Assembly: GCA_049322675.1 (NCBI GenBank)
Contig: JBMORM010000017.1
Location: 3,928-67,927 of the forward strand
Length of the DNA: 64,000 bases
Direction: 5' to 3'
DNA from: Patescibacteria group bacterium
GTDB lineage: Bacteria > Patescibacteriota > JAHJAL01
Below are positions 17,660 through 27,644 of the stretch, in pieces. The position numbers and the translations under genes were made by a program. Positions within the stretch are counted from its first letter, which is position 1. Each line of letters begins with the position of its first letter. Under the pieces are notes generated by a model that saw only the letters and a list, made by a program, of their open reading frames with translations, was not told the origin of the DNA and did not search any database.

Positions 17660-19033
17660 TTGAAATTATCTTTCATAAATAAATATTCTTTGTTTTATTG
17701 TTTGGCTGGATTTGGCTTGTTGCTTTTGTATGCTTTGTTGTCGGTAATCGATGTAAAATTGGCGATGGGAGTGATGGGGGCGGGGATATTATTTTTTCTG
17801 TTTTGGTTGGATCTTAGATGGGGAATTGTGGTTTTATTGTTATCGGTTTTGTCGGGTCAGATTGTTCGTTTTAGTTTTGGTTCGGCGGCAATATTGCCTT
17901 CGGATGGAGTAATGGTGGTATTGTTATTGGTCTGGATTTTGAAAATACTGGTAGAAAAGAGGAAATTGGTATTTGATGTTACAATTGTTTCCTTGCTGGT
18001 ATTTTGGGTGGTTAGTCTGGTAATAAATTTGGCGATTGTGGATCGTTATGAACTCCAGCAACAGAAGACGATTTGGCTATATTGGTTAAGATTGATTATT
18101 TATTCTACTTGTTTGCCGATAACTATGAATATTGTTAATTGGTATGGCGAACAAAAGAAATTTTTTAGATGGTTTATTTACCTGGGATTGGCGTTTTTGG
18201 TTTTGGGTTTTGTGCAGTTGGTGATTTTGCCTGATATAAGTTTTTTAACGGATTATGGCTGGGATCCTCATCAGGGGAGATTGCTTTCAACTTTTTTGGA
18301 TCCCAATTTTGCCGGAGCGTTTTTGATAATATGTTTTGCGGTGAGTTTTAGTATGTATTTCGGGCAAGTAAAATGGAATAAACAGAAATTATGGTGGATA
18401 GTATTGAGTGGATTATTTTTGGGTGGAATTGTTTTGACTTTATCTCGTAGCGCTTTGGTTTCTTTGGTTTTTGTATTTGGTTGGTTAGCGTGGTGGTGGG
18501 ATAAAAGATTGTTGTTGTTTGGTTTATTTACTTCAATTACTTTGTTGATCAATGATCAGAGGTTGATGCAACGGGTGGTGGGGATAGTGGAATTTGATGA
18601 AACAGCAATGTTGAGATTGCAATCCTGGAATGATAGTTGGCAGATTGTGCAAGATAATTTTTGGACGGGGATTGGGTACAACGCTTTGTCGTTTGAACAG
18701 TTTCGTCGGGGCATAATTACTGATATCAATGTTCATTCGGCGGGCGGATCGGATAGTAGCTATTTGACAATTTGGACAACTCTGGGGTTGATAGGACTGT
18801 TTTTTTGGCTTTTGATTTTTGTTTTTTTTGTGTCTCGATCGATAACGATGTATTGGAAAGAAAAAAAAGATCAGAGTCAGAAATTTTTGATTTTGGGAGT
18901 GGTGTTGGCGGTTTTGGGAGTAATGATTCACGCTCAGTTTACCAATAGTATGTTATATGTGCATATTATGATTCCGGTTTGGTTTTTGATGGGAGTAGTG
19001 CTGGGAGGAAAAGATAAAATTTCCAATTTCTAA
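17660..19033 (+). CDS. O-antigen ligase/polymerase-family membrane protein (second paralog); start uncertain
   Basis: LTLSRSALVSL and HSAGGSDSSYLTIWTTLGLIGL (H...YL...LG..G) motifs; the last codons (KISNF*) are encoded by the palindromic repeat. Confidence 0.55.
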   Translation: MKLSFINKYSLFYCLAGFGLLLLYALLSVIDVKLAMGVMGAGILFFLFWLDLRWGIVVLLLSVLSGQIVRFSFGSAAILPSDGVMVVLLLVWILKILVEKRKLVFDVTIVSLLVFWVVSLVINLAIVDRYELQQQKTIWLYWLRLIIYSTCLPITMNIVNWYGEQKKFFRWFIYLGLAFLVLGFVQLVILPDISFLTDYGWDPHQGRLLSTFLDPNFAGAFLIICFAVSFSMYFGQVKWNKQKLWWIVLSGLFLGGIVLTLSRSALVSLVFVFGWLAWWWDKRLLLFGLFTSITLLINDQRLMQRVVGIVEFDETAMLRLQSWNDSWQIVQDNFWTGIGYNALSFEQFRRGIITDINVHSAGGSDSSYLTIWTTLGLIGLFFWLLIFVFFVSRSITMYWKEKKDQSQKFLILGVVLAVLGVMIHAQFTNSMLYVHIMIPVWFLMGVVLGGKDKISNF

Positions 19034-19088
19034 TTTTTAATTTTTAAACATATTTTGTTTAGAAATTAAAAATTAGAAATTAAAAATT
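19017..19088. repeat. About 70-bp imperfect palindrome variant of the repeat family (tttccaatttctaatttttaatttttaaac-atatt-ttgtttagaaattaaaaattagaaattaaaaattt), ending 7 nt before the next gene start
   Basis: Direct reading; close homolog at 34013-34082. Confidence 0.8.
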
Positions 19089-19094
19089 TGGTTT

Positions 19095-20381
19095 ATGATT
19101 ATTTGGTTGTTGGTTGCTATTTTTTTAGTGATTACTTACCTGTTGGCGAAGGAAGATTTGTTGTGGGCGATTGGTTGGATGATATTTATGGCGCCATCAT
19201 ATATTGTGAGATTGAATTTTTTTGGGATTCCAACCAATGCTTTGGAGTTGGGTGTTTATGTTGTGTTTTTGGTGTGGATAATCAGAATAATTAGGGGTAA
19301 GAGTATTTTTCGCTGGAGAAAATTTTATTGGTTGCCCTTGATTTTGCTTTTTGTAGCTTTGATATCGATAATTTTGGTTGCTGATGACCGAAAAATGTCG
19401 TTGGGTCTTTGGAAAGGATGGATTTTTGATCCGATTTTGATTTTTTTGATTGTGAGTTGCGAATTTAGGAAGTTGGCGCAGATTTCATGGATAAAAAGTG
19501 GATTTTTGTTTTTGGTAGGGATGTTGGGAACAATCGGAATATGGCAATGGTTAACCGGAAATATTGATACGGTGGATGGTCGTTTGGCGGTGTTTTTCAC
19601 TTCGGCCAATTATTTGGCAATGCTGTTGGCTTCGGGTTTGAGTTTTTTGTTGGCTGGTTTTTTGATGGAAAAAAAGAGAAAATGGTGGGAAATATTTTTT
19701 TTGGTTTTAGGACTTTGGGCCTTGATTGCTTCGGGCTCATTTATAAGTGTATTTGCATTAGTCTTGACGGTGGGTTGGATGGTTTTGGCGGGATGGCAAA
19801 AAAAAGGAAATGTAATATTATGGGTGATATTTGGTTGTGTTTTAGTGGCGGCGATATTTTTTGGGACTCAAATCGGCTCAGAGAGAATGTCAAATATGCT
19901 GGATTTAAGCAAAAGATCGTCGGTGACAGTTCGGATGCAGGTTTGGCAGACGGCGTGGGCAATGGTGGCGGACAATCCTGTTGTTGGTATTGGTTTGGGA
20001 AATTTTGAGAAAAAATATATTGAGTATTTACCGTCAGTAGTTGCCAATCCTTTGGAATGGCGGATGCTGCATGCGCATAATTTTTGGCTACAAACTTGGC
20101 TAACTATGTCTATCTTTGGATTATTGGTGTTTTTGATGATAGTTATTTATAGTTGGTGGTTGGGAATGAGAATGATAAAAAGGTTAGAAAAACAATTTTG
20201 GGTAGTCTATGGGTTAATGGGATATTTATTGTCATTTGTTTTAGTCGGCTTGTTGGATACTCCTTATTATAAAAATGATTTTTCGTTGATTTTTTGGATA
20301 ATGATTGGTTTGTTGATAGCGTTGACAAAAATTTTACAGAAAGAAAAAAGATATTTGAAAAAAATGGGGAAAAAGATATGA
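19095..20381 (+). CDS. O-antigen ligase-family membrane protein (third paralog)
   Basis: LDLSKRSSVTVRMQVW...GIGLGNFE...HAHNFWLQTWLTMSIFGLL, the classic Wzy_C signature. Confidence 0.7.
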   Translation: MIIWLLVAIFLVITYLLAKEDLLWAIGWMIFMAPSYIVRLNFFGIPTNALELGVYVVFLVWIIRIIRGKSIFRWRKFYWLPLILLFVALISIILVADDRKMSLGLWKGWIFDPILIFLIVSCEFRKLAQISWIKSGFLFLVGMLGTIGIWQWLTGNIDTVDGRLAVFFTSANYLAMLLASGLSFLLAGFLMEKKRKWWEIFFLVLGLWALIASGSFISVFALVLTVGWMVLAGWQKKGNVILWVIFGCVLVAAIFFGTQIGSERMSNMLDLSKRSSVTVRMQVWQTAWAMVADNPVVGIGLGNFEKKYIEYLPSVVANPLEWRMLHAHNFWLQTWLTMSIFGLLVFLMIVIYSWWLGMRMIKRLEKQFWVVYGLMGYLLSFVLVGLLDTPYYKNDFSLIFWIMIGLLIALTKILQKEKRYLKKMGKKI

Positions 20382-21493
20382 AAATTGCTATTGATGCCAG
20401 GTTTATCAGTAATGGTTCCGGCTTGGGACGTTACGCATACAAGCTATTGGAGTTTTTGTTGAAGTTGGATAACAAAAATGAATATATAATTATTGTGTAT
20501 AAGGGTGAAGAGAAGTTTGTTGATTATAAATATGGAAAATATCGGGTGCTTGGAGTTGATTTCCAACATTATTCGTTGGCGGAGCAATGGGGATATTGGA
20601 AATTTTTAAACAGTTTGAAATGTGATTTGGTGCATTTTACCAATTTTAATCATCCTATACTTTATCGTGGTAAGTTTGTGGTCACGATTCATGACTTAAC
20701 GTTGATGTTTTACCCGGGCAGAGTAAGGAGAAAATGGATTTCGGAGTTTGGTTATAAATTGGTTATGAAAAGTGCGGTCTTGAATTCGGCGAAGATTATT
20801 GCGATTTCAGAATTTACCAAAAGAGATATCTTAAAATATTTTGGTGGGCGGAAAAACAAAATGGAGGTAATATATGAAGCCGCCAATGAAAAGTTTGAGC
20901 AGATAAAAAATTTGTCCAAGATAACGCGAACAAAAGAAAAATATCATATTTCCAAACCATATTATTTGTACACAGGTCAGTGGCGGGTGCATAAAAATCT
21001 GGTGAGATTGATTGAGTCGTTTTCCATGGTTAAAGATCAGAATCATGATACTCAGTTGGTTTTGGTTGGCAAAGAGGATCCGCGTTATCCGGAAGTAAGA
21101 GAATCGATCTCCAAATCCAAGTACAAAAATGATATTATAATAACTGGATTTATTGCTGATGAAGATTTGTCTTCATTGTATAGTGGTGCGATTAGTTTTG
21201 TTTTTCCTTCGCTGTATGAAGGTATTGGTTTACCACCTTTGGAAGCGATGCGTTGTGGAATACCGGTAATATCTTCTGATGCTTCCTGTATGCCGGAGAT
21301 TTTGGAGGAGGCGGTGTTGTATTTTGATCCTTATGATTTGCAGGAAATTTCGGAGGCAATGATCAGGGTGTTTCGAGAGGAGAAATTACGAGAAGACTTG
21401 ATTAAAAAAGGTTTTCGGCAAGTTGAAAAATATTCATGGGAGAAGATGGCGGCGGAAACTTTGGTTGTATATAATAGTATTTTGGGTGGTTAG
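20378..21493 (+). CDS. Glycosyltransferase family 4
   Basis: ATG 20378 overlaps the upstream stop (ATGA); YLYTGQWRVHKNL...LVLVGKEDP...FPSLYEGIGLPPLEAMRCGIPVISSDASCMPEI. Confidence 0.85.
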   Translation: MKIAIDARFISNGSGLGRYAYKLLEFLLKLDNKNEYIIIVYKGEEKFVDYKYGKYRVLGVDFQHYSLAEQWGYWKFLNSLKCDLVHFTNFNHPILYRGKFVVTIHDLTLMFYPGRVRRKWISEFGYKLVMKSAVLNSAKIIAISEFTKRDILKYFGGRKNKMEVIYEAANEKFEQIKNLSKITRTKEKYHISKPYYLYTGQWRVHKNLVRLIESFSMVKDQNHDTQLVLVGKEDPRYPEVRESISKSKYKNDIIITGFIADEDLSSLYSGAISFVFPSLYEGIGLPPLEAMRCGIPVISSDASCMPEILEEAVLYFDPYDLQEISEAMIRVFREEKLREDLIKKGFRQVEKYSWEKMAAETLVVYNSILGG

Positions 21494-21568
21494 AGTTTGG
21501 AATTGATTTAAAAATATCGGATGTAAAAATTTTTAGTATAAATATTTCATTAATTTATTTGAGGAGAA

Positions 21569-23617
21569 ATGAGTATGGAATTGGCAAACACTCTTTTGAC
21601 GGCATCGATTGGAATAGCGGTTCTGGCCGTTATATGGGGATTGATTCTGGTTTATCGAATTGTCAAAATGCCGGCAGGAAATGAAAAAATGCAGGAGATC
21701 GCCAAAGCAATTCAGGTTGGAGCGAATGCTTATATGAAGCGTCAATATACTTGGGTAGCGGTGGTAGCGGTGGTGTTGTTTTTGTTGTTGTATTTTTTAA
21801 TGAAGGACGCCAATATTGCGATAGGATTTTTGGTGGGAGCGTTTTTGTCTGCTTTGACTGGATATATCGGTATGAGTGTTTCAGTGCGGGCCAATGTGCG
21901 TACTGCTGAAGCGGCCAAGAGTGGTTTGGGCAAGGCTTTGGATGTGGCTTTTAGCGGAGGAACTGTTACTGGTTTGTTGGTGGTGGGTTTGAGTTTGTTG
22001 GGAGTGGCGGGATATTATTTTTTGACCGGAGCAGATGCAGAGGCAGTTGATGGTTTGGTTGGTTTGGGTTTTGGTGGAAGTTTGATTTCGGTATTTGGTC
22101 GGTTGGGTGGAGGAATTTTTACCAAAGGTGCCGATGTCGGAGCTGATTTGGTTGGTAAAGTAGAAGCGGGGATCCCGGAAGATGATCCGAGAAATCCGGC
22201 GGTGATTGCTGATAATGTGGGCGATAATGTGGGCGATTGTGCGGGTATGGCGGCGGATTTATTTGAGACTTATGCGGTGACGGCGGTGTCGGCGATGTTG
22301 TTGGCCAGAATTGCTTTCAATGAAAATCCCAATGCTTTGGTTTTACCATTGGCGATGGGCGCTATATCCATTTTGGGTTCAATAATTGGTACTTTCTTTG
22401 TTCGTTTGGGCAAAGATAAAAAAATCATGAGTGCTTTATATACCGGTTTGATCGTAGCAGGATTGACTAGTGCGGTTGGTTTCTTTGTCTTGATGTATTA
22501 TTTAATGAGCAACAATGGGGTTTATTCTTATACCAATTTGTTTATAATCTCTTTGATCGGGTTATTGGTTACTGGTTTGATTGTTTGGATTACCGAGTAT
22601 TATACTGCCAAGAATTTTAGTCCGGTACAGAGAATTGCAAAATCTTCTACTAGTGGACATGCAACAAATATTATTACCGGTTTGGCAGTGGGAATGGAAG
22701 CGACGGTTTTGCCGGCCTTGGTTATTGTGGCGGCGATTGCTTTTAGTTATTATTTGGCAGGTATATACGGTGTGGCTATTTGTGCGATGTCAATGTTGTC
22801 GATGGCGGGAATTGTGGTGGCGATTGATGCTTATGGTCCGATAACCGATAATGCTGGGGGTATTGCCGAAATGTCCAATTTGGGTCCGGAGATTAGAGAA
22901 GTAACAGACAATTTGGATTCTGTTGGTAACACTACCAAGGCAGTTACAAAAGGATATGCGATTGGATCGGCGGCGTTGGCAACGGTTGTTTTGTTTGGAG
23001 CTTATGCTGATGAGGTGGAAAGCAGATTGGGCGGGGTGGTTAAATTTATGATTAGTGATCCCTATGTAATTATCGGTTTGCTTATTGGTGGATTTATTCC
23101 GTTTTTGTTTGCGTCTTGGAGTATGGAGGCGGTAGGTAAAGCGGGGATGAAAGTAGTGGAAGAGGTTAGAAGACAGTTTAAACAAATAAAGGGCTTGATG
23201 GAAGGTACAGCTAAACCAGATTACGCCAAGGCGGTGGATATTGTGACCAATGAAGCAATTTATCAGATGATTTGGCCGGCGATGTTACCAGTCGTGATTC
23301 CGGTTTTGATTGTAATAATCGGATTGTTTTTGAAATCTGGTCAGGGAGCTTCAATTTTGGGGGGTGTATTGGTTGGAAGTATCGTTACCGGGTTTTATTT
23401 GGCGTTATCTATGACAACAAGCGGTGCAGCCTGGGATAATGCTAAAAAATATATTGAGGAAGGTGAATATGGTGGTAAAGGTTCGGATGCGCACGCGGCG
23501 GCGGTAACTGGTGATACAGTAGGTGATCCATATAAAGATACGGCTGGTCCGGCGATTAACCCAATGATAAAGATTTTGAATATAGTGGCGATTTTGTTGG
23601 TGAAGTTTTTGAAATAG
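21569..23617 (+). CDS. hppA: Membrane-bound proton/sodium-translocating inorganic pyrophosphatase
   Basis: About 16 TM helices; signature [21 protein letters not shown] and [22 protein letters not shown]; GAGGAG SD upstream. Confidence 0.95.
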   Translation: MSMELANTLLTASIGIAVLAVIWGLILVYRIVKMPAGNEKMQEIAKAIQVGANAYMKRQYTWVAVVAVVLFLLLYFLMKDANIAIGFLVGAFLSALTGYIGMSVSVRANVRTAEAAKSGLGKALDVAFSGGTVTGLLVVGLSLLGVAGYYFLTGADAEAVDGLVGLGFGGSLISVFGRLGGGIFTKGADVGADLVGKVEAGIPEDDPRNPAVIADNVGDNVGDCAGMAADLFETYAVTAVSAMLLARIAFNENPNALVLPLAMGAISILGSIIGTFFVRLGKDKKIMSALYTGLIVAGLTSAVGFFVLMYYLMSNNGVYSYTNLFIISLIGLLVTGLIVWITEYYTAKNFSPVQRIAKSSTSGHATNIITGLAVGMEATVLPALVIVAAIAFSYYLAGIYGVAICAMSMLSMAGIVVAIDAYGPITDNAGGIAEMSNLGPEIREVTDNLDSVGNTTKAVTKGYAIGSAALATVVLFGAYADEVESRLGGVVKFMISDPYVIIGLLIGGFIPFLFASWSMEAVGKAGMKVVEEVRRQFKQIKGLMEGTAKPDYAKAVDIVTNEAIYQMIWPAMLPVVIPVLIVIIGLFLKSGQGASILGGVLVGSIVTGFYLALSMTTSGAAWDNAKKYIEEGEYGGKGSDAHAAAVTGDTVGDPYKDTAGPAINPMIKILNIVAILLVKFLK

Positions 23618-23646
23618 TTGAAAAATTTTTTGATTATTTCTTTTCC

Positions 23647-23682
23647 AAATAGCGTCTTAACAAAACAAGGCGCTATTTTTAT
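23647..23682 (+). terminator. Intrinsic terminator (aaatagcg ... cgctattt + T-run) after hppA
   Basis: 8-bp stem, T-run tttttatatttt. Confidence 0.6.
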
Positions 23683-23733
23683 ATTTTATTTATGGTGTTT
23701 TTTTGTTATTTTTAGGATAGATAAAAAAATGCT

Positions 23734-25677
23734 ATGAAGAAAAAAGTAAAAAAACAACTGTCGAAAAATAAAACGGAGAAGATTGAGGAAAAGCCAAAGA
23801 AAGTTATCCAATCTTCTGTAATAAAGAAATATGGCCGATGGTTGATATTGTTGTTGGCTGTTTGGTTGACAGTGGTTTTGTTTGTTTATTGGGGTTTAGA
23901 GATGGTTTTTGCCAATAGGGTAGCATGGGGATTGCAATTGGATGAAAAAAAAGTAGGTGGAATGACGGCAGAACAATTGTCTGATTTGTTTTCGCAAAAG
24001 AAAGAAAATATGGCTAGTGGAGTAGATTTGTATTGGGGGGATAAAAAGGTTGATACCGCCAAATGGGAAGAGATCGGTTTTGATTTGGATTGGGATTCGT
24101 GTCAGGATAAAGTTTTGTACTATGATAAATCTGAAAGTTTTATCGAGCGGCAGAAAGTACGGTTGGATTCTTTGATTTCCAAAAGGAGGGTGCAGTGTGA
24201 TTTATATTTTGATGAATTTGATTTTCTATATTGGCTAAATGGCTTAAAAACAAAGCTTAATCAACCGGCAAAGTCTTATTCTATTGAGAAAGATGGGGAT
24301 AAATTAATTTTGGTTGAAGGATATACTGGAAAAGTAGTTGACGAAAAGGCACTGAAAGACCAGATGATTTCGTCAATCAAAAATTTAAATTTTGATAAGA
24401 TAGATATTCGTTCGATTATTGAAGAACCACAGGTAGCAAAATTGATGGCGGAGGAGAAATTGGATCAAGCACAGAATGTTTTGCGGCATGGAGCGGTTGA
24501 TTTGACGTACAAGGAGTGGAAAATTCCTTTGAGTGTAGATTTGCTGGCGGATTGGATCAAGTTTGAGTTAAGGCCAACAAACAATGGTCAAGAAGAATAT
24601 GTTTTATCTTATGACTTGAATAAGATTGATAACTATTTTAATCAAACGGCATATGAGTTTGAAATCAAACCGGTGGATGCTCGGTTGAAAATGACTGAAC
24701 AAGGGGTGCAAGTTGAGAGTGAGGGGCAAGATGGTCTGATGATCAATAGAATTAAGTTTTTGGATTTGTTGGAAAACAAATTGTCCGATTCGGATTTAAA
24801 AGTGTTGGAGTTGCCGGTAGAGGAAACGAAGGCGGGTATTGATGGAAAAAAGATAGATGATTTGGGTATTGTGGAATTATTGGCTTCTGGTGAATCGGAT
24901 TATTCTTGGTCTCCGGTCAATCGAGTCCATAATATTGCGGTGGGGGCAGAAAAATTTGATGGTACTGTGATAGCTCCGGGTGAGGAGTTTAGTTTTACTT
25001 CGCGTTTGGGTATGGTTGGTCCGGCGGAGGGTTTTTTGCCGGAATTGGTTATTGCTGACAATGAAACCAGACCAGAATATGGAGGTGGGTTGTGTCAGGT
25101 TTCGACTACGATGTATCGGGCGGCAATCAATTCTGGTTTGCCGATTACTGAACGACATCCCCATCAATATCGGGTGTCATACTATGAACCGGCGGGGATG
25201 GATGCGACTATTTATGTTCCTAGTCCAGATCTAAAATTTGTCAATGATACCGGTAATTATATTTTGATTGAATCGATGGTGAGTGATTACACTCTGAGGT
25301 TTAATTTTTATGGGAAAAAAGATGGGAGAAAAGTGGAGGTAACTGAGCCTTATATATATAATATTACTTCTCCGCCTGCTCCGGTTTATATTTATACTTC
25401 CAGTTTAGCGGCGGGAGAAAAATATCAAGTTGACAGCGCGCATTATGGTGCGGATGCGATTTTCTATCGAACGATAACTATGCCCGATGGGAAAGAAAAG
25501 AAAGAGGAATTTTTTAGTCGTTATCAAGCTTGGCCGGCAAAGTTTAAAGTGGGAGAAGGGGAAGTGAAGAAAGAAATTAACAATGAACAATTAATAATTA
25601 ATAATAAAGAAGATAATAAAAATGATAATCAAACTGATCAAGGGGTAAAGGAAAATGATTTGAGTCCCGCAGTTTAG
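23734..25677 (+). CDS. VanW-family protein (N-terminal TM anchor, C-terminal VanW domain)
   Basis: VIAPGEEFSFTSRLGMVGPAEGF...GGGLCQVSTTMYRAAINSGLPITERHPHQYRVSYY matches the VanW domain. Confidence 0.75.
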   Translation: MKKKVKKQLSKNKTEKIEEKPKKVIQSSVIKKYGRWLILLLAVWLTVVLFVYWGLEMVFANRVAWGLQLDEKKVGGMTAEQLSDLFSQKKENMASGVDLYWGDKKVDTAKWEEIGFDLDWDSCQDKVLYYDKSESFIERQKVRLDSLISKRRVQCDLYFDEFDFLYWLNGLKTKLNQPAKSYSIEKDGDKLILVEGYTGKVVDEKALKDQMISSIKNLNFDKIDIRSIIEEPQVAKLMAEEKLDQAQNVLRHGAVDLTYKEWKIPLSVDLLADWIKFELRPTNNGQEEYVLSYDLNKIDNYFNQTAYEFEIKPVDARLKMTEQGVQVESEGQDGLMINRIKFLDLLENKLSDSDLKVLELPVEETKAGIDGKKIDDLGIVELLASGESDYSWSPVNRVHNIAVGAEKFDGTVIAPGEEFSFTSRLGMVGPAEGFLPELVIADNETRPEYGGGLCQVSTTMYRAAINSGLPITERHPHQYRVSYYEPAGMDATIYVPSPDLKFVNDTGNYILIESMVSDYTLRFNFYGKKDGRKVEVTEPYIYNITSPPAPVYIYTSSLAAGEKYQVDSAHYGADAIFYRTITMPDGKEKKEEFFSRYQAWPAKFKVGEGEVKKEINNEQLIINNKEDNKNDNQTDQGVKENDLSPAV

Positions 25678-25721
25678 ATTGGATGTAAAAATTGTTTTAA
25701 TGTTATCAAGGGAGTGTTTTT

Positions 25722-27122
25722 ATGCAAAAAGAAATTAATCCGGGAATTTTTAAGGCTTATGATATCAGGGGGGTAGCGGGAGTGGATTTGGATGAGGAAA
25801 TAATGGAGTTGATAGGAAAAGGATTTGGAACATTTGTAAGAAAAAATGGAAAAAAGAAAATTGTTTTAGGAAGAGACATTCGAAAAACATCTCCCGTTTT
25901 TGCGGCGGCTGTGGCAAGAGGATTGTTGTCAACTGGTTGCGATGTATTTGATGCCGGGGTGGTCGTGACTCCGAATATTTATTATGCAAGCAATAAATAT
26001 GATTTTGATGCCGGAGTGATGATAACAGCCAGTCATAATCCGGCTGAACACAATGGGGTAAAAATGACATGGCAGAAAACTTCTTTATCTAGTCAGAAAA
26101 TCCAGGAAATAAAAGATATTATTGTTGGAGGTGAGTTTGAGGTTGGGGAGGGAAAAGAGGAAGAATTTTCACTGGCACGAATTGATTATATTGATGAGAT
26201 TAGTTCTAGGGTGGTTTTAAAGAAGCCTTTAAAAGTAGTGGTTGATCCTTCCAATGCTACGGCAATAACTGTGGTGGAAGATTTGTTGAAAAAAATGAAT
26301 TGCGAAGCAATAATGATTAATGGTGAGATTGATCCTGATTTTAAAACTCATCAACCTGATCCGATAGTACATGAAAACTATCCGCCTTTGGTGGCCAAAA
26401 TTTTGGAGGTTGGTGCCGATTTGGGGGTGATGTTTGATGGTGACGCTGATCGGGTCGGTTTTGTTGATGAAAAAGGAAATATTTGGCTGGGAGACAAGAT
26501 TCAGATGTTGTTGGTGCGGGATATTTTGCCGAAAAATCCCGGTAGTAAAGTAATAGTGGAATTAAAAAATTCTGAAGCGGTTGTGGAAGAAGTAAATAGG
26601 TTGGGTGGTGTTCCGATTTTTGGTCAGACGGGGCATACTTTGATCGAAGAAAAATTGCATGCGGAAGGGGCGATTTTGGCGGCGGAGATGAGTTGTCATT
26701 ATTATATTGCTGATCAATGGTACAAATTTGATGATGCAATGTATGCCATGGCCAGGATATTGCAGATAATAACGGATTCGGGACGTACTTTTTCTGATTT
26801 GATGTTGGAATTACCTGATTATCCTTCTACTCCTGAATATCGAGTGGCCGTTCCTCAAGACAGATTGAAAAATATTGTGGCGGAAGTAACCGAATATTTC
26901 AAAGAAAAGTGTGATAAGTATTTGGATATGGATGGGATAAAGGGCTATATGTATGATGGTTGGTTTTTGATTCGTTCGTCCAATACTCAGCCGATTATTT
27001 CTGTTCGGGTTGAAGCCAAGACAGTTGATGGTTTGGAAAAACTCAAAAAAGTGATAAAGGAAAAATTGGATCAAATCGAGGGGGTAAATCTGGACTGGGA
27101 TCGACAGTATGACGTTGTTTAA
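25722..27122 (+). CDS. Phosphomannomutase/phosphoglucomutase-family (alpha-D-phosphohexomutase) enzyme
   Basis: Active-site TASHNP (ITASHNPAEHNGVKM), metal-binding FDGDADR, AAGILITASHNP-type architecture; AAGGGAG SD. Confidence 0.85.
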   Translation: MQKEINPGIFKAYDIRGVAGVDLDEEIMELIGKGFGTFVRKNGKKKIVLGRDIRKTSPVFAAAVARGLLSTGCDVFDAGVVVTPNIYYASNKYDFDAGVMITASHNPAEHNGVKMTWQKTSLSSQKIQEIKDIIVGGEFEVGEGKEEEFSLARIDYIDEISSRVVLKKPLKVVVDPSNATAITVVEDLLKKMNCEAIMINGEIDPDFKTHQPDPIVHENYPPLVAKILEVGADLGVMFDGDADRVGFVDEKGNIWLGDKIQMLLVRDILPKNPGSKVIVELKNSEAVVEEVNRLGGVPIFGQTGHTLIEEKLHAEGAILAAEMSCHYYIADQWYKFDDAMYAMARILQIITDSGRTFSDLMLELPDYPSTPEYRVAVPQDRLKNIVAEVTEYFKEKCDKYLDMDGIKGYMYDGWFLIRSSNTQPIISVRVEAKTVDGLEKLKKVIKEKLDQIEGVNLDWDRQYDVV

Positions 27123-27149
27123 TTATTTATTTATATTTGGAGAACAAAC

Positions 27150-27518
27150 ATGGATGATTATGGATATAGTTCAGGGTTTGATACGTACAATGCGTATGAT
27201 ACTTACGGATCTTCTTATAGTTCGGGAGGGGAGGATATAGAGGGAATGGTGACTGGAATAGTGGCGGGTATAGGTGCTTTGGGGATTGGGGCGATTATTT
27301 TGATTGGATTTATATGTTTTGTCTGTTGGTTGTTGTGGATTTGGATCCAGAGCAGATATTTGAAAAAAATGGGTTATAGTCCTTGGTTAGCTTTACTCAG
27401 AGTGATCCCGATTGTAGATTTTTTTATGTTGATATATTTTGCTTTTGTAGAATGGCCGGTGGAAAAATTGGCTAAAGGATTGTCTGGAAGTGTAAAAAAG
27501 CTTGAAACAAAGGAGTAG
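27150..27518 (+). CDS. Hypothetical small membrane protein with Y/S/G-rich N-terminus
   Basis: DDYGYSSGFDTYNAYDTYGSSYSSGG then two TM helices. Confidence 0.35.
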   Translation: MDDYGYSSGFDTYNAYDTYGSSYSSGGEDIEGMVTGIVAGIGALGIGAIILIGFICFVCWLLWIWIQSRYLKKMGYSPWLALLRVIPIVDFFMLIYFAFVEWPVEKLAKGLSGSVKKLETKE

Positions 27519-27534
27519 TTTTAATTTGTTATTC

Positions 27535-27573
27535 GATATATCTTCGGGTCAATAAACTCGAAGATATTTTTTA
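27535..27573 (+). terminator. Intrinsic terminator (gatatatcttcg ... cgaagatat + TTTTTT)
   Basis: 9-12 bp stem followed by a T-run. Confidence 0.75.
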
Positions 27574-27644
27574 GTTTGGTTTTCCCGTTATATTTTGCTA
27601 GTATTATTTTGTAATCTTATTGGTTTTTTGGGAATATTTGAGAT

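Noticed and set aside
7147-19088. Possible CRISPR array
   Set aside because: Units are 13-bp AT-rich direct repeats without unique spacers of regular length, they occur as inverted pairs, and there are no cas genes. It is a MITE-like or SSR-like repeat, not CRISPR.
4953-20381. Alternative genetic code (TGA recoded)
   Set aside because: TGA terminates several genes at the expected homolog-consistent lengths (e.g. 4045-4953, 19095-20381), so the standard bacterial code fits; the in-frame TAA in the Cys-rich gene is therefore not explained by a known recoding.
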